Origin: a virus
Taxonomy: Duplodnaviria; Caudoviricetes
Length of the DNA stretch: 64,000 bases
Virus record (IMG/VR): IMGVR_UViG_3300020440_000012
Coordinates: 10,867-74,866 of that record
Reading direction: 5' to 3' (one strand)
Each line of letters starts with the position of its first letter. Within the stretch, counting starts at the first letter, position 1. The notes under the pieces were generated by a model, which ran no database searches, was not told where the DNA came from, and worked only from the letters and a program-made list of their open reading frames with translations. Made by a program: the position numbers and the translations under genes. Of the stretch, positions 37,301 to 46,171 are shown piece after piece.

Positions 37301-38281
37301 ATGCCAACAATCTTTGAAGAGCAAATATCTCGCAAACCAGACCGTTATCCATGGACCGAACAATTTATCGAATCCATGCACAACGGATTTTGGACCGATA
37401 AAGAATTTAACTTTCAGTCTGATGTACAAGACTTCAAGGTAACACTTAACGAACGAGAAAAAGAAATGGTCGTTAGATGTCTTTCAGCCATCGGTCAAAT
37501 TGAAGTAGCAGTTAAAACATTTTGGGCAAAATTAGGTGAAAATCTTCCACATCCAAGTTTAACCGATCTTGGTTATGTAATGGCTAATGTTGAAGTAATT
37601 CACAACAACGCATATGAGAGATTAATCGAAGTACTAGAAATGGAAGATGTATTCGAGAAGAATCTAGAATTGGATATAATTCAGAATCGTGTAAAATATT
37701 TAAGAAAATATAATCACAAATACTACAAAGACTCTAAAAAACAATATGTATATTCTTTGATTTTATTCACACTTTATGTGGAAAATGTTTCCTTATTTTC
37801 TCAATTTTATACCATCAACTACTTCAACAGATTTAAAAATGTTCTAAAAGATACTGCACAACAAGTAGCTTACACTTCCAAGGAAGAACTCATTCATGCT
37901 ATGGTCGGTATCAAACTAGTAAATGTAATCCGTGAAGAGCATCCAGAATTATTTGATGAAGAACTGGAATCACTAATACGAAAGCAATGTGTAAAGGCAT
38001 ATGAAGCTGAATCTAAAATTATTGACTGGTCGGTTAATGGATACAAATCAGAACATTTAAGTTCACCTATTATGAAAAACTTCATAAAGAGTAGACTTAA
38101 TGAAAGTCTAAAGCAAATAGGCTTTAAACCAGCCTTTGATGATATTGACAGTAAACTACTGGAGAAAACAACATGGTTTGAAGAAGATGTACTTGGTAAT
38201 ACAGCAACCGACTTTTTCTTCAAACGTCCTACAGAATATTCAAAAAATGATAAATCTTATGACGAAGATGATTTATTCTAG
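37301..38281 (+). CDS. nrdB: Ribonucleotide reductase class I beta subunit
   Basis: FWTDKEF, EVIHNNAY, ENVSLFSQF, EELIH, DFF; ATG at 37301 preferred. Confidence 0.95.
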   Translation: MPTIFEEQISRKPDRYPWTEQFIESMHNGFWTDKEFNFQSDVQDFKVTLNEREKEMVVRCLSAIGQIEVAVKTFWAKLGENLPHPSLTDLGYVMANVEVIHNNAYERLIEVLEMEDVFEKNLELDIIQNRVKYLRKYNHKYYKDSKKQYVYSLILFTLYVENVSLFSQFYTINYFNRFKNVLKDTAQQVAYTSKEELIHAMVGIKLVNVIREEHPELFDEELESLIRKQCVKAYEAESKIIDWSVNGYKSEHLSSPIMKNFIKSRLNESLKQIGFKPAFDDIDSKLLEKTTWFEEDVLGNTATDFFFKRPTEYSKNDKSYDEDDLF

Positions 38282-38293
38282 TATAATATAGTT

Positions 38294-39943
38294 ATGAATG
38301 AAAAATATTATTGGTTAAATAACGATAGTCGTTTATTTTTAGAGCGAGGCTATCTCGAAGAAGGTGAAACACCTGAGAAAAGAATCAGGCAAATTTCCCT
38401 TCATGCGGAGAAGATTCTAAAAAAAGAAGGCTTTGCAAAGAAGTTCGAAGAGTACATGGCAAATGGCTGGTACTCACTAGCTTCACCCATCTGGGCAAAC
38501 TATGCTAAAAATAGAGGACTACCAATATCATGCTTTGGTTCATATATTGACGATACAATGGAAGAAATTTTATATACTGTATCAGAAGTTGGCATGATGT
38601 CTAAAATGGGTGGCGGTACATCAGCTTACTTCGGTCATCTACGCTCAAGAGGTTCCGAAATCAGATCAGGTGGTAACTCCTCAGGTCCTGTTCATTTCAT
38701 GGAACTATTTGAGACAGTAACAAATGTTGTGTCTCAATCAAATGTAAGGCGTGGTTCTTTTGCCGGCTACCTAAATATTGAACATGAAAACATAGATGAA
38801 TTTTTATCCATCAGAAACGAAGGACACCCTATTCAGAATCTATCATTTGGTGTTACGGTGAGTGACAAGTGGATGAGGGAAATGATTGATGGTGACAAAG
38901 ACAAACGTAAGATATGGGGAAAGATTATTAAGAAAAGATTTGAGTCTGGTTATCCATATATTATGTTTAGCGATACGATGAATAAAAATAAACCAAAGGT
39001 TTATAAAGACAAAAATAAAACTATATGGGGATCAAATCTTTGTTCAGAGATTGCATTATCAACAGAAGTGGGTGAATCATTTGTGTGTTGTCTATCCTCT
39101 ATGAATTTATTACATTATGATGAGTGGAAAGACACAGATGCAGTTGAGGTGTTAACATATTTCTTAGACTCCGTAATGACTGATTTTATTGAAAAAGCGA
39201 AACAAATTCCTTTCATGAAAAGAACAGTCAACTTTGCTGAAAATCAAAGAGCGATTGGTATTGGTGTTTTAGGTTGGCATTCGTATCTACAATCTAAGAT
39301 GATAGCCTTTGAATCACTTGAAGCAAACGGATTGAATGTTCAAATACATAAACTAATACAAGAGAAGTCACATGAAGCTTCTAAAGAAATGGCCAAAGAG
39401 TATGGTGAACCTCCACTGTTAGAAGGTTATGGTATGAGAAACACAACTACAATGGCTATTGCACCTACAACATCAAGTTCATTTATTCTTGGACAAGTAT
39501 CACCAAGTGTTGAACCATTAAATAGTAACTACTTTGTTAAGGATCTAGCAAAAGGTAAGTTCACATATAAGAATCCTTATCTAAAAGCATTACTCAAGAA
39601 ACATGGTAACGACAATAAAGACGTATGGAAATCTATTCTTGTAACCGGTGGTAGCGTTCAACACTTAATGTTCTTATCAGATGAAGAAAAAGCAGTATTT
39701 AAAACATTCGGTGAAATATCACAACATGATATTTTAATTCAAGCATCATCAAGACAAAAATATATTGACCAGTCACAAAGCTTAAATTTAATGATACATC
39801 CTGCCACACCCGCTAAAGATGTTAATAAATTATTAATTAGTGCTTGGGAAATGGGTATTAAAACACTATATTACCATCGTGGTACAAATCCAGCACAAGA
39901 ATTAAGCAGAGATTTGATGAGTTGTTCTAACTGTGAAGGGTAG
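38294..39943 (+). CDS. nrdA: Ribonucleotide reductase class I alpha subunit, short form without ATP cone
   Basis: PISCF, GGGTS, SNLCSEI, CCLSS, AIAPTTSSS, KTLYY, C-terminal CSNC. Confidence 0.95.
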   Translation: MNEKYYWLNNDSRLFLERGYLEEGETPEKRIRQISLHAEKILKKEGFAKKFEEYMANGWYSLASPIWANYAKNRGLPISCFGSYIDDTMEEILYTVSEVGMMSKMGGGTSAYFGHLRSRGSEIRSGGNSSGPVHFMELFETVTNVVSQSNVRRGSFAGYLNIEHENIDEFLSIRNEGHPIQNLSFGVTVSDKWMREMIDGDKDKRKIWGKIIKKRFESGYPYIMFSDTMNKNKPKVYKDKNKTIWGSNLCSEIALSTEVGESFVCCLSSMNLLHYDEWKDTDAVEVLTYFLDSVMTDFIEKAKQIPFMKRTVNFAENQRAIGIGVLGWHSYLQSKMIAFESLEANGLNVQIHKLIQEKSHEASKEMAKEYGEPPLLEGYGMRNTTTMAIAPTTSSSFILGQVSPSVEPLNSNYFVKDLAKGKFTYKNPYLKALLKKHGNDNKDVWKSILVTGGSVQHLMFLSDEEKAVFKTFGEISQHDILIQASSRQKYIDQSQSLNLMIHPATPAKDVNKLLISAWEMGIKTLYYHRGTNPAQELSRDLMSCSNCEG

Positions 39944-40820
39944 AATAAAAATTCTTAAAATCAACAGATTCTTTCACACTCATGATCTTTCTATTAGTCA
40001 TTAGTTCAAAGAATGTTTTTGATTCTATGTTGTCAAGTTTATTAAAATCTGCTTTTATATCTCCCCAAACAGGTCTGTAGTAAAATACTTTATTACCCGG
40101 TATTGATAATATTTGACCTGTAGTTACCATTATACTTTTACCATGAGTATCTGAAGTTCTAAAAGGATTCATTTGAGGGTTTTTATTATCTGTATTACCT
40201 AATATTCTTAATAAATCTTCCGGCTCTTTAACAGTTTTCATTAGTTTGTATGTAACATCATATCTTGACTCAGATGATTTTCTACTCAATATCATTCTTT
40301 CATCATCGGATACAATAGGATATCCAGCATTCTTAAAGTGTATACCATGATTAGTCCTCACATAATCTTTACTCTTTTTTAACTCAGTTAGATTATATTC
40401 ATAATCTTTGTCAACATCAATGTAAGAAGGTGCCTCGATTAATACAGCCTTATCTTTTGAAAAAACTAAAGAAAATCCTTCCATCTCACTATCAATTAAT
40501 GATTTAACAGCTTTATCAACACTTTTTTCTAACAGTGCCTTTCTTATGTTTTTTCCACCAGGACTATAAAACACATCACCTGGCTCTCTTAATTTAGCTT
40601 CCTTTTCATCTTTTTTTACCTTGAGAGTCGTATTAAGAATAGCAATACCATATTCATTAACACCTTCAGTCCATTTAGTCTCTTCATCCCAGAACATACA
40701 ACGCTCGGTTCCCATACGAAATGACTTCTTGATATGAATAGTTGGCTTGTAACTTCTGTCCCTATTTTTTGCGGCCACCCATCCTAAATCATTAAAGTAT
40801 TTAACTGCTAATACACACAT
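39927..40820 (-). CDS. N-terminal nucleophile (Cys) hydrolase-like protein
   Basis: Cys2 start MCVLA...KNRDR, GVNEYGIAI, RTNHG. Confidence 0.6.
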   Translation of the reverse strand: MCVLAVKYFNDLGWVAAKNRDRSYKPTIHIKKSFRMGTERCMFWDEETKWTEGVNEYGIAILNTTLKVKKDEKEAKLREPGDVFYSPGGKNIRKALLEKSVDKAVKSLIDSEMEGFSLVFSKDKAVLIEAPSYIDVDKDYEYNLTELKKSKDYVRTNHGIHFKNAGYPIVSDDERMILSRKSSESRYDVTYKLMKTVKEPEDLLRILGNTDNKNPQMNPFRTSDTHGKSIMVTTGQILSIPGNKVFYYRPVWGDIKADFNKLDNIESKTFFELMTNRKIMSVKESVDFKNFYSTLHS

Positions 40821-40862
40821 TTATTAGATTCCCCTTGTAAATAGTATCGAGGTGTATTTACA

Positions 40863-41996
40863 ATGGCAGACGACAAGAAAAAGCAAATCAATCTAGAAAA
40901 AGCAACTAGAATCATAGAAGAGACTTGTGATCCTGAAATCATCGAGGATGATGATTTACTCACCGAAGACGAAAAGTATATAAGAGAGTCTGCATGGCTA
41001 TTATTACAAGAGCTAGAAGGTGGAGGAGATGACGAGGATGAGGATGAAGAAGAGGATGAAGATTCTGAAGAAAGTTCAGACGATTCCTCCGATACGTCAT
41101 CAACTACAACCGAATCAGGCTCAGAAACATCTACCATATCAGATATAGTTGCTGAACAGGGTGTATCAACTGTAGGCACAGTACTAGCACAACTACAAAG
41201 CCTAGGTGCGGCCGGAATCATAGCAATGTCATCTGCACTATATTTTCAAGGAACAGCAGTTGTAGACAATGCAGTACCACTTTATGATGATATAAACTTT
41301 CAAGTTGAAAATATAATGGAACAAGAAGCTATGAATATGGCTATGAATATGGCTGTTGATCAACAAATACAACAAATGTCAGAACAGCCTGTAGTCGCAT
41401 CTGAAGTTGATGAGTCTGAAGAAGAAGAAAAACCTAAGAAGAAAAGTTTTTTGAAAAAACTCTTTGGTGATGATGACGAAGAGGAAGAAGACGAAGATGC
41501 TGAAGACGATGAGGAAGAAGATACAGAGGATGAATCTGAAGAGGGAGAAAAAGAAGAGAAGCCCAAAAAGAAAGGCTTTTTAAAGAAACTATTTAGTGGT
41601 GAAGAACAAGAAGAGGAAGAAGATACAGAGGAAGAATCTGAAGAATTTACCGAGACTAAAGAGATAAAAGAAGAAAAATCAGTCAAAAAGGAAGATTCCG
41701 AAACAGACCGTTCACCTAGTACAGAACTTAAAGGTCAAGATTTAGATGAAGTATCCGAGTTGGTAACAGATGAGTCTTTAGAAGAGGCGGGTGTATCAAG
41801 AGATGAGTTCAACAAGGCACTACTCAGTTTTATTAAACAAGGAAATGAAAATCCTTTTCAGGAACCAGAAATTATGCGAGAGACTACAACAATCAATGAA
41901 CAAATAGAACAAATAGAACAAATTGATTTGAGAGATACATTTGGACCAGGTTCACCTGGACATATCTACGAAGAAAGCGAGGCGACACCGATATGA
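40863..41996 (+). CDS. Very acidic low-complexity protein with one hydrophobic segment
   Basis: D/E tracts, LGAAGIIAMSSALYF, and KPKKK(S/G)FLKKLF twice. Confidence 0.75.
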   Translation: MADDKKKQINLEKATRIIEETCDPEIIEDDDLLTEDEKYIRESAWLLLQELEGGGDDEDEDEEEDEDSEESSDDSSDTSSTTTESGSETSTISDIVAEQGVSTVGTVLAQLQSLGAAGIIAMSSALYFQGTAVVDNAVPLYDDINFQVENIMEQEAMNMAMNMAVDQQIQQMSEQPVVASEVDESEEEEKPKKKSFLKKLFGDDDEEEEDEDAEDDEEEDTEDESEEGEKEEKPKKKGFLKKLFSGEEQEEEEDTEEESEEFTETKEIKEEKSVKKEDSETDRSPSTELKGQDLDEVSELVTDESLEEAGVSRDEFNKALLSFIKQGNENPFQEPEIMRETTTINEQIEQIEQIDLRDTFGPGSPGHIYEESEATPI

Positions 41997-42184
41997 TTAA
42001 AGCACTTTTGGAATTAGATTGGAGTTCACTTGACCAAGGCCAGCTAATAAACTTTGGAGTTGCTTTATTGGGTATTGGTGCAACTCTTACAATGCTTATA
42101 CCACCCGACTCTAGACTAGGTAAAATTATAGCGGCCATAAATGAATCTTTATCTTTTTGGAAAAAACTTAAAGGTAAAAAATAA
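41993..42184 (+). CDS. Small membrane protein
   Basis: Hydrophobic LINFGVALLGIGATLTMLI with a basic tail. Confidence 0.7.
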   Translation: MIKALLELDWSSLDQGQLINFGVALLGIGATLTMLIPPDSRLGKIIAAINESLSFWKKLKGKK

Positions 42185-42204
42185 ATTAAAAACAGGAGAA
42201 AAAA

Positions 42205-42894
42205 ATGAAAAAATTACTTATTACTCTACTTATCACAGCAACTTCTGCTCATGGTGCCATTATACTTAATGATGCATCATTTAATTCACAATCGCAACAA
42301 TGGGTTTATGACATAACTGCTTCTTTTGAAGATGATAAATTTGTTGAAGGTTGGCCAAACCCTGAGTATACTTCGTACTATGAAACATTTACTATTTCAT
42401 CTACAGAAGGCGGAGATTATATATTTGATAATTATGGCAGTAATCTTTCAAAAGATGGTAATCCAATTTATGATACTCAGCTTTTAATATATGAGACAAT
42501 GCCAACAAATATATTATTTCACGCACCTTGGGCGTTTCTTAATAAGGAGGGTGATGGTTTTGGGCCAGGCACCGATAAAACTCTTGATGACTTAAATTCA
42601 ACACGAGAATTGCTAGTAGATATTAACGGAAATCCTATTGAGCCAATTATTGATGTATCACCTACCGGATTCCAAACTGGTGCCTTTTACGGAACAATCA
42701 CTCTTGAGGCAGATACAGAATATATAGTAGCTATTTCATCTTTTGAAGGTGGATATGGTTCGGTTGATTTTATGGCAATGGGTGATAGTCAACTAAATAT
42801 TAATAATACTATACCAGAGCCTGCTACGGTTGGTCTTCTTGGTGTTGGTGCTATGGCTCTTTCTATCGTCAGAAGAAGATCAAACCAGACCTAA
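42205..42894 (+). CDS. Secreted PEP-CTERM protein with a PPC/DVUA0089-like body
   Basis: Signal peptide MKKLLITLLITATSAHG-A; C-terminus IPEPATVGLLGVGAMALSIVRRR. Confidence 0.9.
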   Translation: MKKLLITLLITATSAHGAIILNDASFNSQSQQWVYDITASFEDDKFVEGWPNPEYTSYYETFTISSTEGGDYIFDNYGSNLSKDGNPIYDTQLLIYETMPTNILFHAPWAFLNKEGDGFGPGTDKTLDDLNSTRELLVDINGNPIEPIIDVSPTGFQTGAFYGTITLEADTEYIVAISSFEGGYGSVDFMAMGDSQLNINNTIPEPATVGLLGVGAMALSIVRRRSNQT

Positions 42895-42997
42895 ATATAA
42901 AACGAATAATAATCAGTAACAAAGATAGTTATGGTTGATACAAAATCCTTCTAAGGAAAGTAAATACCATAACTATCTTACTTACTAGGAGTTAATT

Positions 42998-44254
42998 ATG
43001 AGCGAATTTAAAAACGAGTTTAGAAAACTACAAGAAGCCTACTTCGTTGGAATGGAAGAACTAGATGTTGGACAAGCACTTAACCCAAAAACAATAAAAC
43101 TTCCAGAGGGTTTCATTCAATTACCCAGTATAAGTTACGCAATAGATCCTGAATCTAACCCTATGTGTGTTTATAGAATGTCAAGAACAACAGAACCATA
43201 CATTGATCTAGGAAGCAAAACACCTATTGTTGACTTCTTCCTAAAAGAATATCCTTCAAACTCACTATACGCCTTAGCAAGCTCCGATGATTCTAAAAAG
43301 ATAGATGAATATTTAGATTTAGCAATGGCTACAGGTTCTGGTGAAGCAGAGGAAGTTTCAGAGGACTTACTTCAAAAACCAGAAGAAAACAATGTTTCAG
43401 ACGTAACAGTTGAGCCTGTTAAAACAGTTGCAGAAGAAGATGAAGAGTTAATTAATGACGAAACGGAACTTGATGAAAGTAAGATGAAAGAGCTTCATGG
43501 TTATATTGATGACGGTCTTTCAGCAGATCAGATAGCAAAGAAAATGAAGCTAGATGTTAAAACAATCAAAGCACTTATGAAAGAAGCTAAACTTGAAGAA
43601 GCATCTTTGAACAAAACGGAAAAACTGCCTTTGACACCCGCCGAGAAAAAAATTATCGGTAATACGGGAGTTTATAAAGAGAAATATAAACTCGACCGAA
43701 CACAGTCAATGTACAGAGCGTCAAAAACAGCATTCTCAATGCCTTTTACTGGAAAAGAAGACTTGACAAAACTCAAAAAACTCGTTAGAGGAATTAAAGA
43801 ATCAACTGAACTAGAAGAAGCTAATACTGATAAGTACATGTGGAAAGACATCAATAAAGCATTGATGGCCGCTGGTGTTAATCCTCGGACAATTATGAAA
43901 GTGACTGCCGCCTTAAGAGGTAAAGCAATCAAAGAAGTCAACGAAGCAAAAGGTGGTAAAAGAATTGCTAATAAGAAAATGAAAATTAAAAATGTTAGCG
44001 ATCTAAAACATTATATTGTTAGAAACTACTCAATCACAGGTAAAGACAAAAAAGATCCTGATGAGCTGAGAACCTCTGATGAGATAATGCAAGCACCATC
44101 TTGGAACGATGTAAAAGATATTCTTAAAAAGAATATGTTTGATAAGAAAGAAATGGACAATCTATATAATGATCTAATCAACTATCAGCTTGAAAATGCT
44201 AAACAGTTTTTAGGTGTTGAAGAATACGAAATGAAAGACGAAGACAATGACTAA
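42998..44254 (+). CDS. Modular probable head-internal protein
   Basis: Late promoter at 42961; FRKLQE-AY N-terminus; LDE-S, LEE-A, LEE-A, VNE-A junctions. Confidence 0.7.
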   Translation: MSEFKNEFRKLQEAYFVGMEELDVGQALNPKTIKLPEGFIQLPSISYAIDPESNPMCVYRMSRTTEPYIDLGSKTPIVDFFLKEYPSNSLYALASSDDSKKIDEYLDLAMATGSGEAEEVSEDLLQKPEENNVSDVTVEPVKTVAEEDEELINDETELDESKMKELHGYIDDGLSADQIAKKMKLDVKTIKALMKEAKLEEASLNKTEKLPLTPAEKKIIGNTGVYKEKYKLDRTQSMYRASKTAFSMPFTGKEDLTKLKKLVRGIKESTELEEANTDKYMWKDINKALMAAGVNPRTIMKVTAALRGKAIKEVNEAKGGKRIANKKMKIKNVSDLKHYIVRNYSITGKDKKDPDELRTSDEIMQAPSWNDVKDILKKNMFDKKEMDNLYNDLINYQLENAKQFLGVEEYEMKDEDND

Positions 44255-44825
44255 CAAATATAAATATTCTGTAAAATATTCATCGATTGAAGAAGCTGTA
44301 GGTGAAGTTTTAAATTTTAAAGAAGATGGTCATCAGGACATTGCCTCTGTTAAAACACAAATTGAAATAGCAATGTCAGCTTTAACAAAAATGGGTGTTG
44401 CTATTGACGAACTTCCAGAAGAAGCAGATTTACCAACTTGGTGGACTAACAAAGTTGCAATCGCTGTGAGTAAGTTAGACGGAATGGCAGACTATATCGA
44501 TGCTAAGAATCAAGTATCAGTTATGGATGATGAGAATGATGTAACAGACTTAGATGAAAATGCTTCTATGTCATCTATCAATGATTTAATTCAAGATATT
44601 AAAAGTAAAACTATTGTGTACGCAGATGTCTCACAAGGCTCAAATAAAGGACATAAGTTTTATTTAAAAGGTGTACCTGAAATAAGCAGAGGTGATATAT
44701 TAATCAGAATGGATTCAGATAAAAGTCAATTCATTCATATCAAGATAAACGAAATTCAAGATATTAGAACAACCAAAAGCATTGCAGGAAAAAACAAAGC
44801 AGTATCTATAACTTTAAAGAAATAA
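44247..44825 (+). CDS. Two-module probable head-internal protein
   Basis: DGHQDIAS...LPTWWTNKVA module, then LDE-N and a second module. Confidence 0.7.
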   Translation: MTNKYKYSVKYSSIEEAVGEVLNFKEDGHQDIASVKTQIEIAMSALTKMGVAIDELPEEADLPTWWTNKVAIAVSKLDGMADYIDAKNQVSVMDDENDVTDLDENASMSSINDLIQDIKSKTIVYADVSQGSNKGHKFYLKGVPEISRGDILIRMDSDKSQFIHIKINEIQDIRTTKSIAGKNKAVSITLKK

Positions 44826-44834
44826 GGAAAACAA

Positions 44835-45671
44835 ATGTCTGACTTTAGAAAAATTCAAGAAGCTTACAATTCCATTCAAGAAGAAGTCATCGATGAAATA
44901 TTAGTAGGTGGTAAAAAATTAACCTCCAAAGAAATTGTTAAGAAGATCAAGAAAAACAGAAGCAAGCTACCCACACTAAAAGATTTTGAACCAATATTTG
45001 CAAAATTTTCACCCAGTGAATTACACAGTCGTGATGATTTAGAAGGTATGTTACCTGACTATGTAAATAGTGCAGAGATAGGTGCCTTATATACTGAAGG
45101 TGAAGAAATCACCGAAGTCGTCATAGGAAAAAAGTATAAATTAACTGACGAAACTATAAAACATAAGGGTAAAACTTTATACAGAATCGAAGCTGTTAGT
45201 AATATTGGTAAGCTTGTAAAAGCCGGAACCAAAGGCGGTTTCATTGAATCAGAAAAGAACCTATCTCAAAGAGGTAATTGTTTTGTTCACGACAATGCAA
45301 AAGTTTATGGTAAAGCCCAAGTTGCTGACAATGCACAGGTTTTTGGCGAATCCGAAATTTATGATAATGCTAAAGTTTACGGCAATTCTTTAGTTGATAA
45401 AAACGTAAAGATTTACGGCAACTCTCAGGTTTATGGCAAAGCAACAGTTGTTGATGATGCTGAGGTTTTCGATAAAGCTAAAATTTACGATAACAGTAGG
45501 GTTGGTGAATCTGCAAAGATTTATGGTAATGCGAAGATTTATGGTAACTCACATATTTACAACAGTGCAAGTATTTATGGTAATGCTGAGGTTTATGGGG
45601 CCGCAAAGGTTTCGGGCAGAATGAAAGTTTCTGGCAATACTAAATATTCTGGTGTACAAGATATTTTCTAA
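44835..45671 (+). CDS. Internal-protein-like leader fused to a left-handed beta-helix (VYGNA repeat) domain
   Basis: KYKLTDE...LYRIEA...GGFIESEKNLSQ followed by many xVYGNA hexapeptides. Confidence 0.8.
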   Translation: MSDFRKIQEAYNSIQEEVIDEILVGGKKLTSKEIVKKIKKNRSKLPTLKDFEPIFAKFSPSELHSRDDLEGMLPDYVNSAEIGALYTEGEEITEVVIGKKYKLTDETIKHKGKTLYRIEAVSNIGKLVKAGTKGGFIESEKNLSQRGNCFVHDNAKVYGKAQVADNAQVFGESEIYDNAKVYGNSLVDKNVKIYGNSQVYGKATVVDDAEVFDKAKIYDNSRVGESAKIYGNAKIYGNSHIYNSASIYGNAEVYGAAKVSGRMKVSGNTKYSGVQDIF

Positions 45672-45806
45672 TTAGTAGGTAAAGAAATGTTGTTCGTAAA
45701 AAACTAGGTATACAAACTCTACAGGAATAAGTATATTTTAATATATAAATAAACAAGTTGATAAGTATAATAGAACATAAGTTTAGTATAGTTAAAAGGA
45801 GTTTAC

Positions 45807-46163
45807 ATGTTCTTGGATAAAGAGTCGTTAAATAAACTATTAGTAAGTAAGTATTCAATCGTTGTCGTAGGTAAACTACAAGACACCGACAGAAAAGTAA
45901 TCAAACACCTCCTAAATCTTTATAGTGATACAAAGAATTATGTAGGTGAATCTAATATCGATGGATATTTCTTCAAAGACATGTCAAAAGGACTCAGAAG
46001 CCTATATGATGTAGAAGATAATACATGTATTATGTTTTTTAAAAATGGGTTTCTTGAACACAAGAGACAAGGTAGTCAAGTATTATTTGGTAATCTAAAA
46101 AACTTAAATAATATAATTAAAGGCTTTTTAGAAATTAGATTACCAAAGTATGAGAGAATTTAA
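45807..46163 (+). CDS. Hypothetical protein, possible CxxC-less thioredoxin-like fold
   Basis: C-terminal CIMFFKNG segment; AAGGAG RBS. Confidence 0.5.
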   Translation: MFLDKESLNKLLVSKYSIVVVGKLQDTDRKVIKHLLNLYSDTKNYVGESNIDGYFFKDMSKGLRSLYDVEDNTCIMFFKNGFLEHKRQGSQVLFGNLKNLNNIIKGFLEIRLPKYERI

Positions 46164-46171
46164 GGAGAACT

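Noticed and set aside
45290-45640. Nucleotide tandem repeat array (TTTATGGTAA-like units)
   Set aside because: Explained by the in-frame VYGNA hexapeptide repeats of the encoded beta-helix.
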